A stretch of DNA of 64,000 nt from a virus (Duplodnaviria; Heunggongvirae; Uroviricota; Caudoviricetes): the IMG/VR virus record IMGVR_UViG_3300009500_000011, positions 40,585 to 104,584 of that record; one strand, written 5' to 3'. The translations under genes and the position numbers were made by a program. This document shows, piece by piece, positions 39,012 through 48,694 of this stretch. Below the pieces are notes generated by a model that was given only the letters and a program-made list of their open reading frames with translations, made no database searches and had not been told where the DNA came from. The stretch's first letter is position 1, and every line of letters starts with the position of its first letter.

Positions 39012-41212
39012 TATTCACCTAATATCTTTGTTCCATCTTCTGATTTTGTTAATACAACTGCATTTTCAAATTCAGAAGCTAAATCTGGAAGATGTGTCAT
39101 AATAATCAATCTAGAGAAATCAGATGCTATAGATTTAATCGTATTTACAAATACTTGTCTTCCATCAGGGTCTAATGCGGATGCTGGTTCATCAAGTATC
39201 AAAAGTTCTAATTCTATACCTGCCCTACGGGCTAAAACTTTTGATAAAGCAAGTCTAATGGAAAGACTAACCCTAAATTTTTCTCCACCAGAGAAAGATT
39301 CAAATGAACGCCAGATTTTGCCATCATGAACTTCAATATCAAGAGTGTCTTTTTCATCACCTTTTTTATTAACTTCTGTGGTTTTAAAAGAAATAGCAAG
39401 TTGACCATGACTAATTTTACTTAAAAAGTAGTTTGTGGTTTCTTCAATTTCTGGCAAAACTGTAGAAATAATTGCCGCTGGAATACCTTTGCGTGAAAAA
39501 GCAATACAGATTTTATCCAATAAATTTATTTTATGTATTTTTACTTTAAGATTTTCTTCTAATTCTTCTTTTTTAGATTTTGATTCTAACGCTTGTTCAA
39601 ATTCAGATTCGACTTGAGTAATATAACGAATTAACTTGTCAACTTTTTCTCTAGATGTGTTAACATCTTTTTCTTCTTTTTCAGTTGAAATTTTTTCTCC
39701 AATAACTACAGGAACATCTTGTAGAGCTTCTTTAAGTTTAGTTATATTTTCAATTTTTTCATTTATGCTATTATTTAAATAATTAATTTCACGTTTTGCT
39801 GCTTCATACTGAGTTTGTAAAGAAGATTTATTTTTTAATATTGTTCTTAATTCGTCAATTTTAATTTTTTTATTAGTTATATCTAATTTTTTTTCAGATA
39901 ATTCTTCAGATAATTCTTTTAATTTTACCTTATGTTCTTCTAACTCTAAATGTTCACCTTTGCGAACTGCATCAATTATTTGCTGAATTCTAGCAACAGG
40001 AACTTCTTGTTCAATAATTCGAGCATTAATATCTTCAATTGTTTTTTTAACAGATTGAAGAATTATATTATGTTTTTTATGGTCAACTTCTTGCAAACAA
40101 GTTGGACATTCTGTAAATGTAACGTCTTGAAGTTTTTTTAATAATGTTTCGGATGTTCTTAATTCTGCTCTACTGTCATTTAATTTTTCTAAATCTTTTT
40201 TACGACTAGTTTCAAGCCTATCTATTAAGTTTGACGCTAAATTTATAAAATCTTCTTTATGTAAGTCTATTTTATTTTGTAAATTATTTTGAACATAATC
40301 TTCGCTTACGCGAAGTAATTTTTCTGCTTCGCTAATAATATTTTCTAATTTTATAATTGATTCGGATTGGTCATTAGAAGTAATAACAACAGATTTTGTG
40401 GTTTCAATTTTCGAAGATTCATCTTTTAATTGTTTTTCTAACGTCTGAATCATTTGTTCTATACGAGAATTATGCAATAATACTTCTTGCTTCCTAGATA
40501 ATTGAGAATCAATAAGCATATTTTCTTTTTGAATAGAATTTAATTTTTCTTGTCTTTTTTGTAAAAGATTACATTCATAATCAAAATATTCTTTAGATTG
40601 AATTAGTCGAGATTGAATTTCATCAATATCTTTTAGATTAATTGAATTATAAATATTTTCTTCAATTTTAATTTCTGCTTTTAAATTTCTTCTTTGTTCA
40701 TTGGCAATTTTTTCTAAACGTTCATATTGATTAAGGTCGAGAATTTCACCAATAATTTTTTTACGTTCATCTGGTTTTTGGCGTACAAAAAAATCAGCAT
40801 CTTCTTGCTTCAAGATTGCTGTCGAAAGGAAAGAATTATAAGATAAACCAAATAATTTATCAATTCTTTTTTGAGTTTCTGTCAGAAGTTCATTAGTCTT
40901 TACTCCATCTATAACGAGTTCAAGACTTGCACTTTTCCCGCGTTTTTTTGTGCGAATTATTTCAATTTCTTGGCCATTTAATCCAAAGGAAATACTTACT
41001 CCCATTTGATTAGCATTGCCGCGTATAGAATCATCAACATTAGAATTTCGAGTTACTCCGAAAATAGCAAAAGTTAATGCCTCTACAAAAAGACTAGTTT
41101 TCCCACTTCCATTTTCACCTTTAGCTAAAATAGGAGCAGGAGTTTTACGTAAATCAACTTTAGTATATTTATGATTAAAAAAGTTTTGAACTTCGATTAT
41201 GTCTATTCTCAT
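39011..41212 (-). CDS. sbcC: SbcC/Rad50-like SMC ATPase
   Basis: Walker A GENGSGKTS, coiled coil with CPTC hook, signature FSGGE, Walker B LILDEP. Confidence 0.92.
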   Translation of the reverse strand: MRIDIIEVQNFFNHKYTKVDLRKTPAPILAKGENGSGKTSLFVEALTFAIFGVTRNSNVDDSIRGNANQMGVSISFGLNGQEIEIIRTKKRGKSASLELVIDGVKTNELLTETQKRIDKLFGLSYNSFLSTAILKQEDADFFVRQKPDERKKIIGEILDLNQYERLEKIANEQRRNLKAEIKIEENIYNSINLKDIDEIQSRLIQSKEYFDYECNLLQKRQEKLNSIQKENMLIDSQLSRKQEVLLHNSRIEQMIQTLEKQLKDESSKIETTKSVVITSNDQSESIIKLENIISEAEKLLRVSEDYVQNNLQNKIDLHKEDFINLASNLIDRLETSRKKDLEKLNDSRAELRTSETLLKKLQDVTFTECPTCLQEVDHKKHNIILQSVKKTIEDINARIIEQEVPVARIQQIIDAVRKGEHLELEEHKVKLKELSEELSEKKLDITNKKIKIDELRTILKNKSSLQTQYEAAKREINYLNNSINEKIENITKLKEALQDVPVVIGEKISTEKEEKDVNTSREKVDKLIRYITQVESEFEQALESKSKKEELEENLKVKIHKINLLDKICIAFSRKGIPAAIISTVLPEIEETTNYFLSKISHGQLAISFKTTEVNKKGDEKDTLDIEVHDGKIWRSFESFSGGEKFRVSLSIRLALSKVLARRAGIELELLILDEPASALDPDGRQVFVNTIKSIASDFSRLIIMTHLPDLASEFENAVVLTKSEDGTKILGE

Positions 41213-42321
41213 TATCTTTCGACCGCTTTAACTTCGTCTAATTGACGTAATTCTTTCACAAGACTTAATAACTCTATTTTTTCTTCATCTTTTTCAAAAT
41301 ATTTATTTAAATAATCTTCTAAACCAATTCCAGCTAATGCATCTATTTTTGTTAAAGTTGTACGTCGAGCATCTTTCTGAATTATAACTTTATACGCGGA
41401 AGCAAATTTTTCTTTAATAAAAGCATCATCAATGGGTTCATTTGCATCATCAATAATAAGTTTTATAATATATTTAGAGAAGTCAAATGACGAATTTTCC
41501 ATATGTGATTTTAAATCAGACATAGTTCCTTTAAAAGTTAAATATTTCCTGCAATCAACTTCAATAAATTTTATATTTGATAATTTTGTTCCAGAAATTT
41601 CATAAGCTATAAACCCTTTAGGGTCTTTTTCTTCTGCAAAGTTACATCTTGTTAATGAACCAACATAATAAGCTGGAGGTTCAACATTTAATTTTTGATG
41701 TTTATGTATATGACCGGCTTGAATAAAAGACCAAGGATGCGAAGTTAATGCTGCCAATGGAATAAATTCTAAATCGGCCATAAATGCTCCTGGGAAATCT
41801 GCATATTCAATTTGAAGATGAACAACTAATATAGCAGGTCTAGTCCAGTCTACTTGTTTTGCATATTTATTTAGTTCTTCAGCAACTTCTTCTGGGCCAT
41901 TCCAATAAGAAACAGTAACAATTTGAACAAAATCTAAATCAATTATGCCGCCCCCTCGCGTTACATAAAAGTTGTCAACTCCAATTGTTCCAGCAATATC
42001 TAATCCATTTTTTATTTGAATATATTGACTAGCATCATGGTTGCCTTGAAGAACTACTACAGGAATACCTGCATCTGTTAATTGTTTTGTTTGTTTATAA
42101 AATTGATTAACAACAGTTTGGTTAACCACTTTCTTATCAAATACATCACCAGAATGTATAAAAAGAGAAGCTTTATTTTTTAAAGCATAATCTATAGACT
42201 CTTGATAGGCTTTAAAAATATCTTCTGTTTGTGTATGTAAACCTGTAACGGGATTTTCATGACCATGAACACTTAATCCAAAATGTGTATCACTTACGCC
42301 TACTGTTAAAAATTTTGACAA
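41212..42321 (-). CDS. sbcD: SbcD/Mre11-like nuclease
   Basis: Motifs SDTHFG, GDVFD, GNHD and GHIH. Probable TTG start at 42321 after AAGGA. Confidence 0.92.
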   Translation of the reverse strand: MSKFLTVGVSDTHFGLSVHGHENPVTGLHTQTEDIFKAYQESIDYALKNKASLFIHSGDVFDKKVVNQTVVNQFYKQTKQLTDAGIPVVVLQGNHDASQYIQIKNGLDIAGTIGVDNFYVTRGGGIIDLDFVQIVTVSYWNGPEEVAEELNKYAKQVDWTRPAILVVHLQIEYADFPGAFMADLEFIPLAALTSHPWSFIQAGHIHKHQKLNVEPPAYYVGSLTRCNFAEEKDPKGFIAYEISGTKLSNIKFIEVDCRKYLTFKGTMSDLKSHMENSSFDFSKYIIKLIIDDANEPIDDAFIKEKFASAYKVIIQKDARRTTLTKIDALAGIGLEDYLNKYFEKDEEKIELLSLVKELRQLDEVKAVER

Positions 42322-42380
42322 GATTGTGTATTTCCTTTGTAACAAGATATTACAACTCTACTCATATTATAGGCATCCAT

Positions 42381-42968
42381 ATGGACCAAATTCAGCAAAA
42401 AATAGAAGACTTTAATAAACAACAAACTACTTTTCAAAATACAATGAAAGATGTTTTAGATGTTCATGAAGTAAAAAAAGCTATGTTTGAAGATTACTTT
42501 GTCCCTGGTCATGAACCTCGTACAGCTTCTTCTTTATATAGTAAAACCCATGACAATATGATTAATAAATTAGATATGCCATGTTTTATTTGTGGTGTTT
42601 CTAAATCAAAAATTGATGATACTACTATCAATACTTGTGGTGCAACTCAATTAGAAACACATCATTTTATTTTAGAATGGTCATTAGCAAATGCTGCAAA
42701 TTGGGATGTTTTGAAACAAATGCATTCTGATTTTCCTGATTGGGACAAAGTAGTTCCTGGTGATGAATCTACTTATTTTAATTTTGTTGACCATCCATAT
42801 AACATGCTTATTCTTTGTGATGTTCACCACAGAGGAAAATTTCATGGAATTCATGCCATTGAATACCCTGTGTGGGTTGCTCAAAAATTTATGCAACACA
42901 CATTTAAATTCATAAATGATTCTGCTTCTAAAGATTTATCAGACCTTTTTGTTGAAGATATGAGTTAA
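42381..42968 (+). CDS. HNH/His-Me finger-like protein, oriented against its block
   Basis: 'CFICG...LETHH...NMLILCDVHHR...GIH' pattern. ATG at 42381 is preferred because the longer track ORF overlaps sbcD. Confidence 0.55.
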   Translation: MDQIQQKIEDFNKQQTTFQNTMKDVLDVHEVKKAMFEDYFVPGHEPRTASSLYSKTHDNMINKLDMPCFICGVSKSKIDDTTINTCGATQLETHHFILEWSLANAANWDVLKQMHSDFPDWDKVVPGDESTYFNFVDHPYNMLILCDVHHRGKFHGIHAIEYPVWVAQKFMQHTFKFINDSASKDLSDLFVEDMS

Positions 42969-43423
42969 GATAAAGGTCTTTGTATTATTGGCATATCAAT
43001 TGCAATACAACCGACACTAATCGCATCTAATTCATCTTTTGAAATACCATCACGAAGATTAAAAATTCTAGATTTTAAAATCATATTTGTTTCTAACTTT
43101 GACATATTAGGGTCTAAATAAAGATAATTTCTTATGTCTGACACTTTATATCCGATAGCAGGAATTCCAAATTTTTGAATAGCCTGAGAGATTATCTTGG
43201 CATATATTCCTTTTAAAAAATTACCTGTTTCTTCATAAGCTAAAACTTGAGGGTCGAAGATTTCGACTAATTTTTTGATTTCTTGTTCAGCTTTTTTTTC
43301 ATTAGAACTATATTTAAATTTACCTGTAGCTATTACATTTAAAGTTAAAATTGATTTACTAATTCTTTCTAGAACAGCCCAGCCAATTGCCTGTTGACCT
43401 GGGTCAAAGGCCAATACACGCAT
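42965..43423 (-). CDS. RuvC-like Holliday junction resolvase
   Basis: 'VLAFDPG...GWA', 'LAYEE' and 'DELDAISVG'. Confidence 0.75.
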   Translation of the reverse strand: MRVLAFDPGQQAIGWAVLERISKSILTLNVIATGKFKYSSNEKKAEQEIKKLVEIFDPQVLAYEETGNFLKGIYAKIISQAIQKFGIPAIGYKVSDIRNYLYLDPNMSKLETNMILKSRIFNLRDGISKDELDAISVGCIAIDMPIIQRPLS

Positions 43424-43780
43424 TTAATCTTCATCATCTTCTGTATCTACAGTTACTGAACTAAAATGTTCATTTTCATTTTGTTCAACAATATTTTTTT
43501 CACGTAGTAAACGTAAAATACTAGCAGAAGGTTTAAACCTAACTGCTAATCCAGATGGCAATGTTGTGGTGCATTGATTTGTAAAATCATAAACCGATTT
43601 TGGAGGACGCACATATGTTTGTAATGTTCCATGCCCCATCTTCACGTTATAACCACGGTCTATTGCTTCTTTTAAGATAGAATCAAAAAGACCCAATACT
43701 TCTAAGATTGTATCCATCTTAAATTCACAATTTTTATGAATTATTTTTGCTATATCTATTTTTTTTAGTGTTTTTCCCAT
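43424..43780 (-). CDS. HU/IHF-like DNA-binding protein
   Basis: 'KIDIAKII...GYNVKMGHGTL...RPPK...VRFKPS'. Confidence 0.8.
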   Translation of the reverse strand: MGKTLKKIDIAKIIHKNCEFKMDTILEVLGLFDSILKEAIDRGYNVKMGHGTLQTYVRPPKSVYDFTNQCTTTLPSGLAVRFKPSASILRLLREKNIVEQNENEHFSSVTVDTEDDED

Positions 43781-43791
43781 AATATTTTCCT

Positions 43792-44889
43792 TTAATTAAA
43801 TTTAAATCTTTTAATTTGATTGACGTATGTTAATGCAATTTTTTCAAAAGATAGATTTGTCCCATACTCAAAATTATGTTCTTCTAATATAGTTCTAAGT
43901 TCTGCATTTTCTATAACAACTGAACAAGCATCATAAAAACTAGCAATGTTTTTATATTCATATAATAAAATAGATGTTTTCTTTACTAAATCATCTGAAA
44001 ATAAATTTTGTGGTGCTACTATTGCTTTTCCCATAGCAAGGGCATCTATCATACATCCATTATACATGTCGAAAGAATTATCTTGAGGAAAAACAATTAC
44101 GCTTGCACAACGCATTAAATTTATATATTCAGCATCACTAGTTTTATCTAACGAACATCTTATATAATTTTGCATTTCATTTTCTTCAATATAATCTTGA
44201 ATTTTATCAAATGCTTCCCATGTTTTTTTAGCATCTACTATAGGATGTGATTTTAATGCTAACATAAATATTGTGTTTTTATATTTTTTTCCCAATATTT
44301 TAAACTGTTCTAATAAATTTATATAGTCTTTTTCTGGAGTTAGCAAACCAGGCGTAAACACTAATGTTTGTTTAAAATTTAATTTTTCTTTTAGTTTTAA
44401 ATTAGATGTAGGAGAAAAATCCAAAGATGGTATATTTATTACTTTAATTTTATTTGTTGGTATCCCTAAACCTGGGTCAACCTTTATTAAAAGTTTTCTG
44501 AAAGCATCGTTACATACAATAATTTTGGATATATTTTCAACTTCTTTTATTTGACTTTTAATTAATGAAGCTGGCCCCATTTCTGTTGGAAAAATAAATA
44601 TATTTTTATTACTCCAAATAGACCGCATAAAATTAGTGAACTTATGAGAATCTATATTTAGATTATTATTATTCCATAAAGTAAAATCATGAACTACAAA
44701 AAGAATATCTGAATTGTCATTTATTTCTTTTAAAGCTATATGAGTGTTGTTTAAATCTAAATTATAATTTATAGTTTGAATATTTTCGTTACTAGATTTT
44801 TCTATATAAGGCATTAACTCTTCGATATGAAGCGAACAGTTAATTTTTTTCCCATTTATTGAATTTATTAAATATAGTTTTTTAGTCAT
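43792..44889 (-). CDS. GT-B fold glycosyltransferase (GT4-like)
   Basis: 'GLLTPEKDY' and 'VIVFP...YNGCMIDALAMGKAIVA'. Confidence 0.7.
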   Translation of the reverse strand: MTKKLYLINSINGKKINCSLHIEELMPYIEKSSNENIQTINYNLDLNNTHIALKEINDNSDILFVVHDFTLWNNNNLNIDSHKFTNFMRSIWSNKNIFIFPTEMGPASLIKSQIKEVENISKIIVCNDAFRKLLIKVDPGLGIPTNKIKVINIPSLDFSPTSNLKLKEKLNFKQTLVFTPGLLTPEKDYINLLEQFKILGKKYKNTIFMLALKSHPIVDAKKTWEAFDKIQDYIEENEMQNYIRCSLDKTSDAEYINLMRCASVIVFPQDNSFDMYNGCMIDALAMGKAIVAPQNLFSDDLVKKTSILLYEYKNIASFYDACSVVIENAELRTILEEHNFEYGTNLSFEKIALTYVNQIKRFKFN

Positions 44890-45598
44890 TTAAATATTTT
44901 GTTATTTCGTTAAAATTTTTTATTTGTGTATAATTTTCAAGATTTAATTTTTCAATTTCTTTAATTCTTTTCCTAGATTTAGGAATTATATGAAATCCAT
45001 GAATACCATTTTGAATTGCCGGTAAAATATCTGTATGAATATTATCACCAACCATTATAGTTGTTGATGGGTCTAAATTCATTTCTTCTAAAATTTTTTT
45101 ATATGTTTCAACATTTTTTTGATTAACAATGTATATTTTGTCAACACATTCAGATACATGTGCTGAATCAATTTTGTATTGTTGAACGTCTTTATTACCT
45201 AAAGTAACTAATATTTTTTGTTGTGTTATTTGATTTAACGTTTCTTTAACACCATCATACATTTTATAAACTTTTTTAAACCATGTCATTGTAGAAACGC
45301 CTATTGCACTTCTTACGGAAGAAGATGGTTCTCTGCCTACTAATTCACAAATGTCGTTATAGTAATGAATCCATGATTGAGAAAATTCAGTTCCGTTAAT
45401 TTCAGTTGGATTGTCTAAAAGTTTACGACCAATTTCTTGTGTTTCGGCAATCATATCTAATACTAAAGGCGATTTTTCTCCTAAATCAAGCGTTATAAGT
45501 TTAGCGCATTCTAACTGTGGTAAATTATAATCTTGCTCAGATGCTAATATTGTTGCATCTAAATCAATTAAAACTGTTTTTATTTGCATTTTATTCAT
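44882..45598 (-). CDS. HAD-family phosphatase
   Basis: Motif I DLDATI, motif II VTLG, motif IV VGDNIHTDI. The start is uncertain (45598 or 45589). Confidence 0.85.
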   Translation of the reverse strand: MNKMQIKTVLIDLDATILASEQDYNLPQLECAKLITLDLGEKSPLVLDMIAETQEIGRKLLDNPTEINGTEFSQSWIHYYNDICELVGREPSSSVRSAIGVSTMTWFKKVYKMYDGVKETLNQITQQKILVTLGNKDVQQYKIDSAHVSECVDKIYIVNQKNVETYKKILEEMNLDPSTTIMVGDNIHTDILPAIQNGIHGFHIIPKSRKRIKEIEKLNLENYTQIKNFNEITKYLND

Positions 45599-46382
45599 TT
45601 TCTTTTGTGAAAATAACTTCAAAATCACTTGCTAATATTCCAAATAATGTTGTTCCGTTTTCAAACGTAACAAATATTCCAGGTATTTGGGTTCCTGATA
45701 TTGAAACTAAAGCATCATTGATATGGTTTTGTATATCTTCTACCTCCAATGTAACACTTGAAGAATTTTTTCTTGGTTTATATTCTTTTAAATAAAAAAA
45801 CTCTACAAATTGTTCTTCAGTTATTTTGGTACGTTCATGAAAATCGCTTAAATCCATAAACATTAATCGTAAATGGCTACCTGTATTATCTAATACAATT
45901 TCTAAAATTGGTGTTTTTTGAATATCTTTGGCCTCTCGGTTTATTTTAGCCCATATTTTTAAAGATAATGAATAAGATTTTTTATCTGTAAACTTATGTT
46001 CTCCTAGCCAATTATCTGATTTAACATCACCTTTATTACCATTAAAAGCACCACTTCCAGGAGTAGTCCTGCCATTCAATGATTTTGCCATTCGTTTTTC
46101 TAAACGTTGTGAAGTTTTCTTTTTATATTTACGTTCAGCATTTACATTATAGGTTAAAAATGCTACTCTATCATAAGGATAAATGTTGTATTGCTCGTCA
46201 ACTACATTAGTCTCATCTACATTTATACCAATTGTTTTAGGTGGCTCGACAATATCTTTAACAACAAGAGGTGTATCAAAATCGTCTTCACCCAAACGAA
46301 TTTTGTACACCTCGCCAATTTTAATTTCGTCTTGTTCCACCATGCCTAGTATGTTTTTATTAAATACTATCAGGTATTTCAT
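45591..46382 (-). CDS. PD-(D/E)xK resolvase-like nuclease
   Basis: 'LEKRMAKSLNGRTTPGSGA...GDVKSDNWLGEHK'. Confidence 0.7.
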   Translation of the reverse strand: MKYLIVFNKNILGMVEQDEIKIGEVYKIRLGEDDFDTPLVVKDIVEPPKTIGINVDETNVVDEQYNIYPYDRVAFLTYNVNAERKYKKKTSQRLEKRMAKSLNGRTTPGSGAFNGNKGDVKSDNWLGEHKFTDKKSYSLSLKIWAKINREAKDIQKTPILEIVLDNTGSHLRLMFMDLSDFHERTKITEEQFVEFFYLKEYKPRKNSSSVTLEVEDIQNHINDALVSISGTQIPGIFVTFENGTTLFGILASDFEVIFTKENE

Positions 46383-46383
46383 T

Positions 46384-47583
46384 TTACTCGTTCTCTTCGA
46401 CTGTCACTTCATCGACTTCAATATCTTCTTCGGCTGCATTCATTTCTTCTTCGGTAATATCTAAACCATCTGATTCAACTTCATGTTTAAGTGTAATATT
46501 GAAACCCATTTTTGCGCGACATTGTTTCATTAAGTTTTCGGTTAATTCTTTATTTTTAAGTAATTCGATATTAATATTATCTTTACCTTTAACAATTAAA
46601 CCATCAACATCATAACTTACGGTGCTTAATTTTTTGATTAGACCTTGGTCTATACCAACATCACGTAGAGTTGTGTAATTATCTACTGTTGGACCCACAG
46701 TTACTATAACGCCTGTTTTACCAATTGCATCGTATCTTGTTTTATCAATAGTAAATTGATATTTAGCTCCGATAGGATTTTTATTAGAATCAAGTATTTG
46801 GTCGGCCGCACTTGTAAGTCTTTTAAAATTAATAGAAATTGTATTATAATATTTGACAGCCTTACCACCTGGTACACTCGTTGGTGGACCATAAGGTGAC
46901 AACGAAGAACGAATTTGGTTGATAATCATTACCAATGTTTTGTTTTCTGCAAATACTTTCATAACACGACGAAACCATTTACTCATATTACGAGCAAAAA
47001 TACCCATCTGTTCTTTATCTAAGTTTTCGATTGTTTTTTTAGTATTATCTGTATATAATTCTTTGGTTGGTGCAAGTGCAATCAATGAATCTAAAACAAT
47101 AACATCTACGCCTTGTTTAGATGCATTTTCCATAGCATTTAATGCATCTTCTTGTGTATCTGGAGGATATACAAGCAATCTATCTAAATCAACGCCATGT
47201 GCTTCGGCCCATACTCCGTCAAATGCGTGTTCCGCATCTACCCATAAACAAACGCAATCAGGACTTATTTTTTGGGCTTCAGCAACAGTTTTTAAGCAAA
47301 CTGTTGATTTATAAGATGCTTCCGCTCCGTATAATTGGACGACCTTTCCTCTTGGAAATCCTCCAACTTTAAGTTTATAATCAAGTTCTAAAATTCCAGA
47401 TGGAATAACTGATGGAGAAGCAAAATTTCTGGCAGTTTGAATTTTGTTATAACCTGTAAGTTTGCCGTCTCTATTTAATGCAGCCATTATATCTTTAGCT
47501 GATTTTTTTGGAATTACAACATTTTCATCTACAGGTTGTAAACTAAGCATTTTTTCAACTTCTGTTTTCTTTTTAGGAGGCAT
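46384..47583 (-). CDS. recA: RecA/UvsX recombinase
   Basis: 'GGFPRGKVVQLYGAEASYKST', 'VDAEHA', 'VLDSLIAL', 'IINQIR' and 'PGGKAVKYY'. Confidence 0.95.
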   Translation of the reverse strand: MPPKKKTEVEKMLSLQPVDENVVIPKKSAKDIMAALNRDGKLTGYNKIQTARNFASPSVIPSGILELDYKLKVGGFPRGKVVQLYGAEASYKSTVCLKTVAEAQKISPDCVCLWVDAEHAFDGVWAEAHGVDLDRLLVYPPDTQEDALNAMENASKQGVDVIVLDSLIALAPTKELYTDNTKKTIENLDKEQMGIFARNMSKWFRRVMKVFAENKTLVMIINQIRSSLSPYGPPTSVPGGKAVKYYNTISINFKRLTSAADQILDSNKNPIGAKYQFTIDKTRYDAIGKTGVIVTVGPTVDNYTTLRDVGIDQGLIKKLSTVSYDVDGLIVKGKDNINIELLKNKELTENLMKQCRAKMGFNITLKHEVESDGLDITEEEMNAAEEDIEVDEVTVEENE

Positions 47584-48155
47584 TATTTAATAAGTCCTTT
47601 GCGGAATTCATCCATTAATTCTTTAGCAATATCAGCACCACCAAGATATTGAATCTCATGTTGTAATGCAGTTTGTGCGCGTGAAGCAGTACCGATAGCA
47701 CTTTGAAGGTTTTTGCGAACTACATCTGTAATTCTAAGCAAACCCTGTTCTAAAGAAAGCAATAGATTAATAGTCTCCATTGCACTATATGCTTTGGCTT
47801 TACGTGATTCAGCAGAACCATTTGAACCTAAAACACTTAATATAGAATTCATTAGTGCTGTTTGTGATGCGGAGAGTACAGTCTCAATCCGCATTGATTC
47901 AAGTTCTATTTCAGTCAATCTATTCAATGAAGATTGACCATGATTTTGGATTGTAATGCATTCTAATAAACTTGGATTTGATGATAATTTTAATTTAGAA
48001 TCATTAGCAGAATTAATAAGTTCATTTTCTAAAGCGTCAATTACTTCAATTCTAAAGCCCCATTTTTCCCCAAGGGCTGCATTTCTTTGTGCAGCAAGTA
48101 ATAAAACATTACTTAATTCATCCGCGTCTATTGTTTCTTCTTTTTTCAATGGCAT
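47583..48155 (-). CDS. Helical protein, possible UvsY-like recombination mediator
   Basis: All-helical composition and position between ruvC-like and recA; the UvsY call is inference only. Confidence 0.35.
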   Translation of the reverse strand: MPLKKEETIDADELSNVLLLAAQRNAALGEKWGFRIEVIDALENELINSANDSKLKLSSNPSLLECITIQNHGQSSLNRLTEIELESMRIETVLSASQTALMNSILSVLGSNGSAESRKAKAYSAMETINLLLSLEQGLLRITDVVRKNLQSAIGTASRAQTALQHEIQYLGGADIAKELMDEFRKGLIK

Positions 48156-48639
48156 GTTCTGATACTTCTTTTTTTAATTCAATAGATTGACACAGCGCAA
48201 CCATTAAAGCATCAGATTGGTCATAACCCTCAGTTGCAAGTTGCATATTGTATCTCTTTTCAAGTATAGAACAAATTTCAGCCTTATCTAAGTTACCTTT
48301 TTCAAGGACTATTTTTCTTATATGAGAAGGAGTATATTCAGATATGGATTTAATTCCACAAGTAGTAATTGCTAATTCTACTACTCCTCTTAATTTAGAT
48401 AAAGATTTTAGAGTTAATACATTTTTAAGATATATATTTTCTACTGCTACTATTGAAGGTTCGTACTTTTTACAAATCAATTCTATTTCATTATATGTAA
48501 CTCTGAGATATTTCATCCTATCACTAGGCTTTTTATATTGTTGTAAATTAATTTCACCTATGCCTATAATTTCTTGATTCTCATTAATTACGGCCCATCC
48601 GGTTACTTTGGTTGATAAATCTAGTCCTAAAATATTCAT
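48118..48639 (-). CDS. ruvC: RuvC Holliday junction resolvase
   Basis: 'ILGLDLSTKVTGWAVI', 'VAVEN', 'LRGVV' and 'DQSDAL'. Confidence 0.85.
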   Translation of the reverse strand: MNILGLDLSTKVTGWAVINENQEIIGIGEINLQQYKKPSDRMKYLRVTYNEIELICKKYEPSIVAVENIYLKNVLTLKSLSKLRGVVELAITTCGIKSISEYTPSHIRKIVLEKGNLDKAEICSILEKRYNMQLATEGYDQSDALMVALCQSIELKKEVSEHAIEKRRNNRRG

Positions 48640-48642
48640 AAA

Positions 48643-48674
48643 AAAACCTCATGAATATTAACTCATGAGGTTTT
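48643..48674 (-). terminator. Hairpin/terminator after ssb that overlaps the ruvC SD
   Basis: AAAACCTCATGA-N8-TCATGAGGTTTT followed by TT-ATG on the minus strand. Confidence 0.7.
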
Positions 48675-48694
48675 CTCGAATTTGTAGTAATTTA

